Made by a program: the position numbers and the translations under genes. Shown piece after piece: positions 17,873-27,000 of a stretch of DNA of 64,000 nt (position 1 is the first letter of the stretch; every line of letters begins with the position of its first letter). Source of the DNA: Phycisphaerae bacterium (lineage in GTDB: Bacteria; Planctomycetota; Phycisphaerae; UBA1845). The stretch lies in the NCBI GenBank assembly GCA_963666835.2, contig CAXXGO010000006.1, positions 2,528,001 through 2,592,000 on the forward strand, written 5' to 3'. The notes beneath the pieces were generated by a model, which saw nothing but the letters and a program-made list of their open reading frames with translations, was not told the DNA's origin and searched no databases.

Positions 17873-19971
17873 GCCGCACCCGCCAGGAAAAAGCCGTGGG
17901 CAAACCTGCCAGTCGCCACCGTCACGAAGATCCGTTGGTAGATCCTCCGGTGAAAGACGCTCCCCCGGTTCTTCCCGCAGGCGCTTTCAGGGGATGGAGG
18001 CTCCCGGCGGTCATTGCTGCGCTTTTGGCGGGAGTGTTCGCTCTCGCATTGACTTCGGTTGTTGGTGATAGCATCAACTTCGACGAGACCAGCCACTTCA
18101 TTCGCGGCTTGAGTTACCTGCGCACGGGCGAGTTTCATCTTCGACCGGAGCATCCTCCGCTGGCGGAAGCCTGGGCAGCCCTGCCGGTTGCGCTGGTCGA
18201 TTACCAATGGCCGCCCCCCGACACGCCCGGCTGGCGCCGCGGAAACTACTGGCTGTTCGGTCGGGCTTTCCTCTTCGGGTCCAATGACGGAGAGCGGTTG
18301 ATCATCGGTCCCCGTATCATGGTGATCCTGCTGTTGTTGGCGACCTGCCTGACTATCTACTTCATGGGGCGGGCGGTCTTCGGGCCTGCTGCGGGGCTCT
18401 TAGCTTTGGTTCTTGCCGCGCTAAGCCCGACCCTTTTGGCGCACGGACGTTTGGTGACGAATGATCTGTCCGTCACGCTCTTCTTCGTGCTGACTATGCT
18501 GATGTTCGCCCGCCTCGCACGGTCCGTAACGTGGCCGCGACTGGCGGCCGCGGGGTTATCGCTGGCGGCCTTGAGCCTGACCAAGTTCTCCTGGCCGCTG
18601 GTTGCGCCGGCTTTGATCGTAATGGCCGTCATGGTGATTGGGCGCAGGCAAGGACTCCAGGTCCACGTGTTGCGTTCGGTTGTCGGCCGTTTCGGGTGCG
18701 AAGCTCAGGGGGGCGTTAGCCTTGCCGGGCGGGTTCGGCGTGCTGTCGCCTTGGTGGCGATCATCCTGGTTGTAAGCGCAATAATGTGGGGAGCAATCTG
18801 GTGTTTCTACGGATGCAGGTACGCCGCGATGGTTGACGACAGCACGCATCAGCCGGTGACGGGTGTCGCGCAGACGCGAGGTGCGGATCAGCCCGAGAAA
18901 CCGGTCGATTGGGATTACGTGTTGCTCGATGGGTCCGGGGCTCCCATTACCGGGTTTGTGATGGATTTCGTGCGTTGGGGGCGCGATCATCGGATCCTGC
19001 CGGAGGCTTACCTTTATGGCCTGGCGGTGACCGGAAGATCAGCCGAAGCCCGCCCCGGATACCTGAACGGCGAGTATTCTCTAACCGGCTGGCGATCGTA
19101 CTTTCCGATCGCCTTCATTATAAAGACTCCGATAGCGATAATGCTGTTGGCCGTGGGCGGGCTTCTGGCAGTATTCACCGGGCGGGTGAGTTGGCGTGGC
19201 GACCCAGTGCTTCTCGTCGGCCTGCTCGTCTTCGCGTTCACCTATGCCGTAACGACGATTCTGAGCAACTTCAACATCGGACACCGTCACATCGTGCCGC
19301 TCTACCCGGCGCTGGTTATTTTGGCGGGTGCGTCGGCCGGTTGGATGACCGTTCGGACGGGACGTCGCCTGGTCGCGGCGGCGGTGCTTTGGTTGCTGTG
19401 TGCGAACCTCTGGATTCACCCGCACTATTTGGCGTATTTCAACGAACTGATTGGCGGTCCGAGCCGTGGGCATCTCTACCTGGCCGACAGTAACATCGAC
19501 TGGGGGCAGGATATTAAGCGCCTGGCTAAGTACGCTCGCGCTCATCCCGACGAGGCCATCAAGTTGGCCTATTTCGGAAGCGGAGATCCCCGACGGTACG
19601 GCTTCCCATGCGAGATGTTGCCCAGCTTTCAGCCGATAGGCGGGCCGGCTGGTTTGACTGCGGGTACGTATGTGATCAGCGTCACCCAGTTGCTGGGCGT
19701 GTACGATTCCCGCTTCCGCGACTCCTTCTGGGATCAGGACAAGCTGGCGGCTTATCGGCGCTGGCACGAGCAAGTGAGTCAGTCTCCGCCGCCGGGTGAG
19801 AGTGCCGAGGATCGAGCTCAGCGTCTGGACCTCATCCGCCAATTCGACGTTATCCGGCGAGCCCGGCTGATTAACCGGCTTGGTCACCGGGAACCTGACG
19901 ACCGCATCGGCTATTCGCTGCACGTCTTCCGCTTGACGCAAGATGATGTGGACAGTCTCACCTGCCCGTGA
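17869..19971 (+). CDS. GT-C fold membrane glycosyltransferase (ArnT/PMT_2-like)
   Basis: FDE acceptor loop, EHPPL, SPTLLAHG..VTND, TKFS, GHRH, LADSNIDWGQD; many TM segments. Confidence 0.85.
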   Translation: MSRTRQEKAVGKPASRHRHEDPLVDPPVKDAPPVLPAGAFRGWRLPAVIAALLAGVFALALTSVVGDSINFDETSHFIRGLSYLRTGEFHLRPEHPPLAEAWAALPVALVDYQWPPPDTPGWRRGNYWLFGRAFLFGSNDGERLIIGPRIMVILLLLATCLTIYFMGRAVFGPAAGLLALVLAALSPTLLAHGRLVTNDLSVTLFFVLTMLMFARLARSVTWPRLAAAGLSLAALSLTKFSWPLVAPALIVMAVMVIGRRQGLQVHVLRSVVGRFGCEAQGGVSLAGRVRRAVALVAIILVVSAIMWGAIWCFYGCRYAAMVDDSTHQPVTGVAQTRGADQPEKPVDWDYVLLDGSGAPITGFVMDFVRWGRDHRILPEAYLYGLAVTGRSAEARPGYLNGEYSLTGWRSYFPIAFIIKTPIAIMLLAVGGLLAVFTGRVSWRGDPVLLVGLLVFAFTYAVTTILSNFNIGHRHIVPLYPALVILAGASAGWMTVRTGRRLVAAAVLWLLCANLWIHPHYLAYFNELIGGPSRGHLYLADSNIDWGQDIKRLAKYARAHPDEAIKLAYFGSGDPRRYGFPCEMLPSFQPIGGPAGLTAGTYVISVTQLLGVYDSRFRDSFWDQDKLAAYRRWHEQVSQSPPPGESAEDRAQRLDLIRQFDVIRRARLINRLGHREPDDRIGYSLHVFRLTQDDVDSLTCP

Positions 19972-20132
19972 CGCGGGTGGAGTTGCCACGAGGACGACCT
20001 CCGCGATGTCCTCCCGCGCCGCTGGGTAATCGGCGGACCTTCCTGAAGAAACTCGATTTCTTGGGAGCGAAACACGCCGCCGGCGTCCTTATATAGGTGT
20101 GGATTCGACATGGTCATGGCCGAGAGGCGTAG

Positions 20133-20707
20133 ATGAGTCTGGCTCAAGTACAAGCCTACGTAGGTGAGCAGGCAGTCCCGCTGAAGTGTGAGGGCGAACT
20201 GATAGAGCGTGCCAAGGTGGATCCTGAGGCCTTTGCGCGACTATATCGGAAGCACCGCCCAATGCTCCTCGATCACGTATACCGTCGCACCGGCGACGTA
20301 CACGTGACGGAGGACCTCGTTGCGGATGTGTTCCTCGAGGCCCTGCGGTCGCTGCCAGGGTATCGTTATCGCGGTGTGCCGCTGCGGTTCTGGCTTCTCA
20401 GGATTGCGACTCACGCGGTTAACCGCTGGGGGCGGCGGCATCGGCGAAAACGGTTCGCCTTGCTCAGGCCGAGCGGCTTTACGAACGGACCGTGTCTTCC
20501 ACAATCGGCGAGGCGGACGGCGAGCACGTTCGACGGGCTCTGCTTGAACTCCCGCCGCGGTATCAGGCCGTGCTGGCGTTGTACTACTTTGAAGGGTTGT
20601 CGGTAAAAGAAACCGCCACCGTCATCGGATGTCGCGAGGGCACGGTAAGGTCGAGACTGGCGCGAGCGCGAGAAGCACTCCGCAGAACCCTGATTGGACG
20701 GAGGTAG
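20133..20707 (+). pseudogene. ECF RNA polymerase sigma-70 factor split by a single-base frameshift (real lesion or sequencing error)
   Basis: Region 2 (AFARLY...EDLVADVF...FWLLRIA) lies in ORF 20133..20606 and region 4 (LPPRYQAVLALYYFEGLSVKETA..IG...GTVRSRLARAR) in ORF 20492..20707. One extra base near 20428-20450 fuses them. Confidence 0.85.
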
Positions 20708-20711
20708 TACC

Positions 20712-21287
20712 GTGCGAGATCAAACGGATCCAATCGAGAACGCGCTACAGTCCGTGAGGGGCTTGAAATGGCCCGGTGATTACGAAAACAACGAACTGGA
20801 GAATAGACTCATGCAGCGTTTCCAAGAAGATAGCCCGCGTTTCCGGATTGGTCGACGTGGTGCGATAGCAGCCGCCCTGGCCGTGGTACTGGTGGGCAGC
20901 GTCGGCTTCGGTGCGGCCGGTGGGGTTGATGCGTTCAAGGGATGGTTCTTCACCATCGAAGTAAACGGTGAGGCGATTGACATCGCCGAAGCGGACGTGA
21001 CGATCGAGGTCGACGGCGAGGTAGTCGATATTGATGCCGCGGAAGGCTCTATCGAGGGCGATACGGTTACGATGACTCTCGATAACCTCCAACTCGACAG
21101 TGAGGCCGGCGAGGAGGGTACGGCGGAGATCACCATCATCCGGAACGGGGAGTTTCCAGGTGCCGGGACCGGTTTCTACGGGGACTCGACGTTCATAACG
21201 GTTGAACTCGAAGCGGCCTTGCCCGAAGACGACGAGGCGGCGGATGATGCCGAATCTGCTGATGATGAGCCTGTAGAGGAAGAATAA
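20712..21287 (+). CDS. Putative single-pass anti-sigma factor with acidic extracytoplasmic domain
   Basis: Immediately after the ECF sigma; GGAGG RBS then GTG; short cytoplasmic N-terminus, one TM helix, Asp/Glu-rich C-terminus. Confidence 0.6.
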   Translation: MRDQTDPIENALQSVRGLKWPGDYENNELENRLMQRFQEDSPRFRIGRRGAIAAALAVVLVGSVGFGAAGGVDAFKGWFFTIEVNGEAIDIAEADVTIEVDGEVVDIDAAEGSIEGDTVTMTLDNLQLDSEAGEEGTAEITIIRNGEFPGAGTGFYGDSTFITVELEAALPEDDEAADDAESADDEPVEEE

Positions 21288-21309
21288 ACGCCTCGCCGGA
21301 TAGCCCTTG

Positions 21310-21355
21310 ACCGGCACTCGCGTTGCTTGATGCCTCGCGGGTGCCGGTTCTTCTT
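21310..21355 (+). terminator. Putative intrinsic terminator after the sigma/anti-sigma pair
   Basis: ACCGGCACTCGCG...CGCGGGTGCCGGT stem followed by TCTTCTT. Confidence 0.55.
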
Positions 21356-21614
21356 GGATTCCCCGGACGGTCCGGGAACTGACCCACGGCAAGGGAATGC
21401 GGTCCGGGACGGCTCCGGACGGGACGCGGGGGTCGCCAACGGGGCTGTCATGCTTCAGCCGAGTGAAAACGTCGGCGGAAGTACGTCCGCTGGGCCTTGA
21501 CGGGGGAAGAAGAAACCACGACACTATTCGGCTCGGTATGCCTGCGCCTGCCTGAGCGGATCAGCGGGGCGGGCGGTAGTCTATTGCAGGGCAGAATCCA
21601 GGGGAGTTTTCTCG

Positions 21615-21932
21615 GTGTACGCGATTATCCAAGACGGTGCGCATCAGTACCGGGTAGAAGAAGGACAGGTCTTCGAGGTGCAGCGCAAGGACCTACCCCC
21701 GGACGCCACGACGTACGAGTTTGACCGCATTCTTGCCGTGGGCGATATCGAGGGCGGACCGAAGATCGGCCAGCCGGTTGTCGAGGGCGCGAAGGTCGTT
21801 GCGACCGTGCTCGGCGAGGTTAAAGCGGACAAAATCACTATCCAGAAATTCCGGCGCCGCAAGAACTACGCGGTGAAGGCCGGCCACCGGCAGAAGCACC
21901 TGCAGCTTAGGGTCGACAAGATCGAGGCGTAG
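21615..21932 (+). CDS. rplU: 50S ribosomal protein L21
   Basis: MYAIIQDGAHQYRVEEG...KIGQPVVEGAKV...KFRRRKNY...GHRQ. Confidence 0.97.
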   Translation: MYAIIQDGAHQYRVEEGQVFEVQRKDLPPDATTYEFDRILAVGDIEGGPKIGQPVVEGAKVVATVLGEVKADKITIQKFRRRKNYAVKAGHRQKHLQLRVDKIEA

Positions 21933-22065
21933 GGCCTGCTGGCGAGCTGCGCCGGCTTCCTGTCCACCAATCTCAGGGAATCGACGTTGCGTTTGCGCCC
22001 GGCGTGCGCAGTACCCCGCCGCCGGCTCGCCGCCCAATAGAGAGATGCGACCTCCGTACGAATTC

Positions 22066-24453
22066 TCAAGGCGGGCTGGGAGGGCGTCCCGGCGCCTGAG
22101 CCGTATCGGGAGTTCGCGATGCCACGTAGAGCATTATGTTCGCCACGATTGCTTCGGCGCTGCGCGGCTCATATCCGATGCAATCCAGGCATGTGTGATG
22201 GCTGATGCCGGCCGACAAGTCGTACGGAGAGTAGATCACCGCCCATCGGTCACCTTGGCGAACGCCCGCGAGTTCGGGCCAGTCCAGACGTACCGGCGGA
22301 CCTTCCCGGTAACGCTGCCGATACGCGGTAGCATGTAACGAGCTGGCCAGGTGCGGGGCGAATGAACCGGTCATAAGCGGATCCTCCGGACCGATTCGCT
22401 GCCAGGCATCCTTGCCGAAAGAGTCTTCGATGAATAACTGGAAGGACTCGTCGAATTCATCAGATCCCCGGCTTGCCGAGGCAATCAGAGTGCCGCCCGA
22501 CTCCAGAAAACGCTTCAAAGTCGCTCCACCAACGGATGACGGACTCGGGAAGTCGTGGCCCGTCAGCCAGAGAGTCTTCGCCGGAGCGTTGTCCAGATGC
22601 TCCACCCGCACGGAGCCGATTTCCGCAAGCGATAGGCCTGCCGAACCAGAGAGCACTGCCGATATCCGGTGAAGCGCCCGGGGATGTACGAACCAGTCCC
22701 CGCCATGTGCCAGGCGCGCAATCGTGAGCGTTCGCATCGGCCGGGCTTCGTGGAGTTCCAGATACGGCGACAGCCGCCCGTCAAGTGATTTGTTGAACAT
22801 CGCGTAGAGGAGGATGTTGCCGGCCAGGGAGAATCGCCGAGCCTCTTTCTTGACCAGATTCTGGTGCCAGGCACAACAAGCGGCGTTGTCGAGAATGAAG
22901 ATGCTCGTCCGGTAGCCGTCGCCAAACCCAATACACTCCTTGCCGGGACGCAGATCGTCGTGGATAGTCCAGACGGGGTGGTCTTTCGCCAGCGTGCCCG
23001 AAGTGAACGTCGGGAAGAGGTCCTTGAACAGGTCGCGCCACCCGTCGCGGAACTCCGCCTGCGAGCAACAGGCCACTGCCAGCACGGTTCCCCCGTCGTG
23101 GACATACTCGCGGAGGCGTTGCTGTTGCTCGGGAGAGAGCTGTGGGGCATTGTGCCCGGAAACCAGCAATACCGGGGCGTCGTACACATCGCTTGTGTCC
23201 GGTCCGAGTTCGACGACCTGCCAGGTGAGATTGGTCTCGAACCGTTCTCCGAACCAGTGGAGCAGATTGGCGGCTTCTCGCGGATCCCTGTTCCAATCGT
23301 TGCCCGCCCCTTGTTTGAGCTTGTTGATCAGCACCGGGGCTCGCATTTTCAGAAGGGCGAGAATACCAAAGCAGGTATCGTGAACAGCCCCCCAAGACCC
23401 GTCCATCTTCTGGGTACTGACAAGCTGGGCGGTGACGTCGTTGTACCACACATGCGATCCGATACGCTTCCTTCCGTACGATACACCGGCCCGATCCAGG
23501 CAGAATAGATAGTAAGTAAGATATCCGTCATTCGGGTCGGCGGATTCCCCCGTTGCGTAGCCGGGATTCCGATCCGTCCGGAAGTTCTCATCCAGCCACT
23601 CCCAGGCATGTTCGATCGCCTGCCTGATCGGTCTGGTCTCTTCGATATCCTCGCCGCATTTCGCCTTGAATTTGCCGGTGAAGGGCAATTCCGCATCCAA
23701 ATGGCGATGTTCGTAAACGATCTGCAACGATGCCAGACCGGCCGCCGTCATGCTGCCGGTAGAATGTCGGGAGTGGTTTGCGAATTCCGGATCATCCGAT
23801 AGGGGATACCCCCAACCTCCGTCGGGATTAACGCTTTCAAGCCAGCTTTGCTCTGCGCGCCGCCAAACATTGCCGGGAACATCCGCGCCGGCTTGAGCTG
23901 CTTTGTGGAGAGCTAACAGGGCGAGCTGCGAATTCGAATTATCGGTCCAGTTCTTCCCCGGTGCCACTCCGGAAAGCGTGCCGTATCCCCAACCCCCGGA
24001 GTTGTTCTGTTGGAGTTTCAGGAAGCGAACGTCGTCCTTTATCTGCTGCTTGAAGTGGGTCCGGCTCAGCGTACACCACAGCATCAGCGAAAAGGACTTC
24101 GCGTAGACCGTTTTCGTTTCTTCGCGCGTTTCCAGCAGGTGTCTGACCGCCCGTTGCAGGCGGTGGTCTGAAAGGGGGACACCGGCGGCTCGCATGGTAT
24201 ATGCGACAAGGGCGGTCAGGCCGTTGGGGAAGGTCTTCTCAAACTCGGAGCTGACCCACCGTCCGTCGCGACGCTGCTGCGTCCAAAGAAACTCGATGGC
24301 TCGATCCAGGGCTAGGTTAATCTGCTCATCAGTCGGGTGGGGGGTGGGCTGGGAGGCGGTTTCGACCGGCTCGCCTGTGGCTGGAGAGGCCGGCTCCGCG
24401 GGCGGCGAGGCTAGAATGGCGACCATCACGGCAAGTGGTGCAATTGACGGCAT
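22066..24453 (-). CDS. DUF4159-domain protein with N-terminal prenyltransferase/squalene-cyclase-like alpha-toroid
   Basis: QW-like repeats (QRRDGRW, QNNSGGWGY, NPDGGWGY, QKMDGSW), DNSNSQ, GSMTAAG, then two DUF4159-like domains; signal peptide. Confidence 0.78.
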   Translation of the reverse strand: MPSIAPLAVMVAILASPPAEPASPATGEPVETASQPTPHPTDEQINLALDRAIEFLWTQQRRDGRWVSSEFEKTFPNGLTALVAYTMRAAGVPLSDHRLQRAVRHLLETREETKTVYAKSFSLMLWCTLSRTHFKQQIKDDVRFLKLQQNNSGGWGYGTLSGVAPGKNWTDNSNSQLALLALHKAAQAGADVPGNVWRRAEQSWLESVNPDGGWGYPLSDDPEFANHSRHSTGSMTAAGLASLQIVYEHRHLDAELPFTGKFKAKCGEDIEETRPIRQAIEHAWEWLDENFRTDRNPGYATGESADPNDGYLTYYLFCLDRAGVSYGRKRIGSHVWYNDVTAQLVSTQKMDGSWGAVHDTCFGILALLKMRAPVLINKLKQGAGNDWNRDPREAANLLHWFGERFETNLTWQVVELGPDTSDVYDAPVLLVSGHNAPQLSPEQQQRLREYVHDGGTVLAVACCSQAEFRDGWRDLFKDLFPTFTSGTLAKDHPVWTIHDDLRPGKECIGFGDGYRTSIFILDNAACCAWHQNLVKKEARRFSLAGNILLYAMFNKSLDGRLSPYLELHEARPMRTLTIARLAHGGDWFVHPRALHRISAVLSGSAGLSLAEIGSVRVEHLDNAPAKTLWLTGHDFPSPSSVGGATLKRFLESGGTLIASASRGSDEFDESFQLFIEDSFGKDAWQRIGPEDPLMTGSFAPHLASSLHATAYRQRYREGPPVRLDWPELAGVRQGDRWAVIYSPYDLSAGISHHTCLDCIGYEPRSAEAIVANIMLYVASRTPDTAQAPGRPPSPP

Positions 24454-24650
24454 CAGAGGTATCCTTCAAGGGCCCTCATTCGCCCGACCGCCCACGGTCT
24501 GAGCAGCATTCCGGATTATGGTATTCACGACCAACGGGGCGGTCAAAACGCCTGACAGTAGTCATGCAAGAGGCAAACGCAGAATGCAGATACACTATGG
24601 TTGGCGGGCACGTCCACCGGCCTTGTCTTGGCGATCTGGAGTCGCGCGGA

Positions 24651-24704
24651 CAAAAAAAGAGAACGATCCCTCCGCTGGCGAAACCGCCAGGAGAAGGATC
24701 GTTC
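24651..24704 (-). terminator. Intrinsic terminator downstream of the ferredoxin
   Basis: Hairpin GAACGATCC..CTGGCG / CGCCAG..GGATCGTTC followed on the minus strand by TCTTTTTTT. Confidence 0.7.
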
Positions 24705-24774
24705 GTCCGGGCAATCAACCCGGCGCCCGAAGACACCTTGGCCGATTGCCTTGATTAACCTGTCTGAATAGCGT

Positions 24775-25011
24775 TTACTCTTCCGGGAACAGCTTCTCGC
24801 CGGTCGCCGTATCGGTGATATGGATGCACTCCGTCGGGCAGGCCTTGGCGGCCTCCATGATTGCATCGAAACTATCGCCAGGGTTCTCCTTGACGACCGC
24901 CTTGGCCTCGTCATCCAGCTCAAACGTCTCCGGGGCCTCGTTCTCGCACGCCCCGTCACCAATGCACTCGTCGCGATCGACGACGATCTTAAGCTTGTCT
25001 ACATCCGGCAT
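24775..25011 (-). CDS. Monocluster ferredoxin ([4Fe-4S]/[3Fe-4S], CxxDxxC...CP)
   Basis: VDRDECIGDGACENEAPETF...AAKACPTECI; acidic, 78 aa. Confidence 0.92.
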   Translation of the reverse strand: MPDVDKLKIVVDRDECIGDGACENEAPETFELDDEAKAVVKENPGDSFDAIMEAAKACPTECIHITDTATGEKLFPEE

Positions 25012-25163
25012 TACTAAATCTCCGTGAAAGCGTAGCCATTAACGCCAACCAACACGGTGTTCATATAGCAAACCGGGCGCCGTTGCAACTGGTTTTTCTG
25101 ACGCGAAATACAGGCTTGGCAAACGGCACTGCTTGGACGCGGAGGGCTTGCCTGCTCGTGCGG

Positions 25164-25820
25164 TCAGCACGCGCAAACCGGCTCCGGCCGGGCTGAATCG
25201 GGCGTGATATCGCCAATCGCCTCCGGCACGTTCCACAGCCCGCAAACCGCCATCCCGTCGACCCAGTCCACAGACCATTTCCGGCCCCAAGAGGCGAAAT
25301 GTCGCTCGTAATCCTCGATTCGATTCTGCCACACCTCGTCCGGAGCCTTCCTTCCGGAGAGGTCGGTCACGATGACCATGATGAAGACGCCGCCCGGCTT
25401 GAGGTATCGTTGCAGGTGGGCGGTAGTGTGTACGGCCTGCTCGGATTGCAGATCGTAGTGGTAGTGGCTGCATCCGCGGGCGACAATCGCGTCGAAACTG
25501 CCGAGCTCTACGGGCATGTCAGCGGTTATGTCGCAGCAACGATACGTCCAGCGAGGGTAATGCTCTCGAGCCCAGTCGATTCCCTCTTTGGAGCGATCGA
25601 CGCCGGTGCATCTGAGCCCCATCCGGTTCAGCAGGTTCGTGTGGAAACCCGTTCCACAGGCTACTTCCAGCACTTGCATGCCTCGGCGCAGACCGAATCG
25701 CTTGACTACGTTCCTTCGATGCCACCAGAACTCCTTCCAGAAGGAGTACTTCCAGCCCCCCGAGCGGTAGAACTGGGAGTAGAAAGCGTCTCCGCGATTC
25801 GGGTCGGCCTGTGTTGGCAT
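25164..25820 (-). CDS. Class I SAM-dependent methyltransferase
   Basis: VLEVACGTG motif I, GVDRS, SFDAI, LKPGG; start codon uncertain (25820, 25829 or 25844). Confidence 0.85.
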   Translation of the reverse strand: MPTQADPNRGDAFYSQFYRSGGWKYSFWKEFWWHRRNVVKRFGLRRGMQVLEVACGTGFHTNLLNRMGLRCTGVDRSKEGIDWAREHYPRWTYRCCDITADMPVELGSFDAIVARGCSHYHYDLQSEQAVHTTAHLQRYLKPGGVFIMVIVTDLSGRKAPDEVWQNRIEDYERHFASWGRKWSVDWVDGMAVCGLWNVPEAIGDITPDSARPEPVCAC

Positions 25821-25956
25821 CAGGAGCATTCCTTCCGGGAACAAGTGCCCAAGGAGTAGTACCTAACCTCGGCATCGGCCGTTTTTGAGGTCTTCTTGAC
25901 TACTGTTTTCGGACGTTGCGGCCTGGTAGGGATCAAAGAGGCTGCCGAGAGAGAGG

Positions 25957-26772
25957 CTATCCGGTCAGATCGAGGAGTGCGCCGATCGTGGGTTGGGCGT
26001 CCGTGGCAACCGAACCTGGCGATAGAAGCGTGCTGCCTTTCGGGCTGTTGTCAGTTCCGCTTCGCCCCACCGCCTCTGAGTCCCTTCGGTTACGGGCGAT
26101 TTCGGCGCGGGCCTTCTGTTCTTGGGCCTGAGCCTTGGCGGCGACGGCCCGATCCTGAGATGACGGGCTGGCCGGGGCCAGGGCTGCCCGCCGAACCTGC
26201 TGCATCTTGGCGACGGTTGCCTGGGGGTCGTCGGCTACCGGGGTAGTATCAATGTTCACTTCACCGCCGGAGGCGTAGCGTTGTCCGTCAGGCCCGGTTA
26301 CGAATTCGTAGCTGGGACCGCCGCGGGCATACTGCCCGGCCGCTGCGGCGTGGGCTTGCTCATGTCGGCGAACCTCGCGGTCGCGCCGCTGCAGCTCTTG
26401 GACCTCTCTCTCCTCTTCAGGTGAGGTCTTTGATGCATCAGTCCGGGAGTCGTCCGGAAGCGAAAGCTTGGCCGAGTGAGTTGAATCGCCCGGATTACCG
26501 GCCGTGTCTTGTACACCCGGCTGGATACTTGCGTAGTCGGAGACTCGCTTGCTGGGTCTTGCGGTTAACGCCTCCGCTTGTTCGGCGAGGACGCGTCCGA
26601 GAGGGGAGACCTCCAGGGTGTCTGTGGTCTCTTCGGCTGAGCGGCGTTCCGCGGCGGAGCCTGTGCCGATGTCCTCACCGCGCCAGGCGAGGTCGATGGC
26701 TCGCGGGCTGGACATGGGCCCCTGACCGAAGACCGTTGCGATAAGCCCGTTGCTTGAGATTGCGCCGATCAT
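25957..26772 (-). CDS. SprA-related family protein (putative HExxH metalloprotease)
   Basis: RDREVRRHEQAH...GGPSY...GPDGQRYASGGEV.ID...AALAPASPSSQD signature. Confidence 0.85.
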   Translation of the reverse strand: MIGAISSNGLIATVFGQGPMSSPRAIDLAWRGEDIGTGSAAERRSAEETTDTLEVSPLGRVLAEQAEALTARPSKRVSDYASIQPGVQDTAGNPGDSTHSAKLSLPDDSRTDASKTSPEEEREVQELQRRDREVRRHEQAHAAAAGQYARGGPSYEFVTGPDGQRYASGGEVNIDTTPVADDPQATVAKMQQVRRAALAPASPSSQDRAVAAKAQAQEQKARAEIARNRRDSEAVGRSGTDNSPKGSTLLSPGSVATDAQPTIGALLDLTG

Positions 26773-27000
26773 ACGCCTGTGACATCCGATAACTAACCGG
26801 GCGGGTATACCCGGTCTACATCGGAATCATCGAGCGGGAATCAGCCCGAGTTAAGCAAGCACCTCGAAGAAGATAGGGGCGGAGCGTAATCCGTGCTTCG
26901 GGCCGGTCGTCGAGATGTCGTGCTGTCGCGGTGTCACACCGGGATCTTCACCGGTGGTGACGCTTGCTCAGGGGTGACGTGGTCAGTTAACCTCCGGAGT

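Noticed and set aside
22066..24453. Squalene-hopene cyclase
   Set aside because: QW-like repeats are present, but there is no DxDD motif, and the protein has a signal peptide and DUF4159-like domains.
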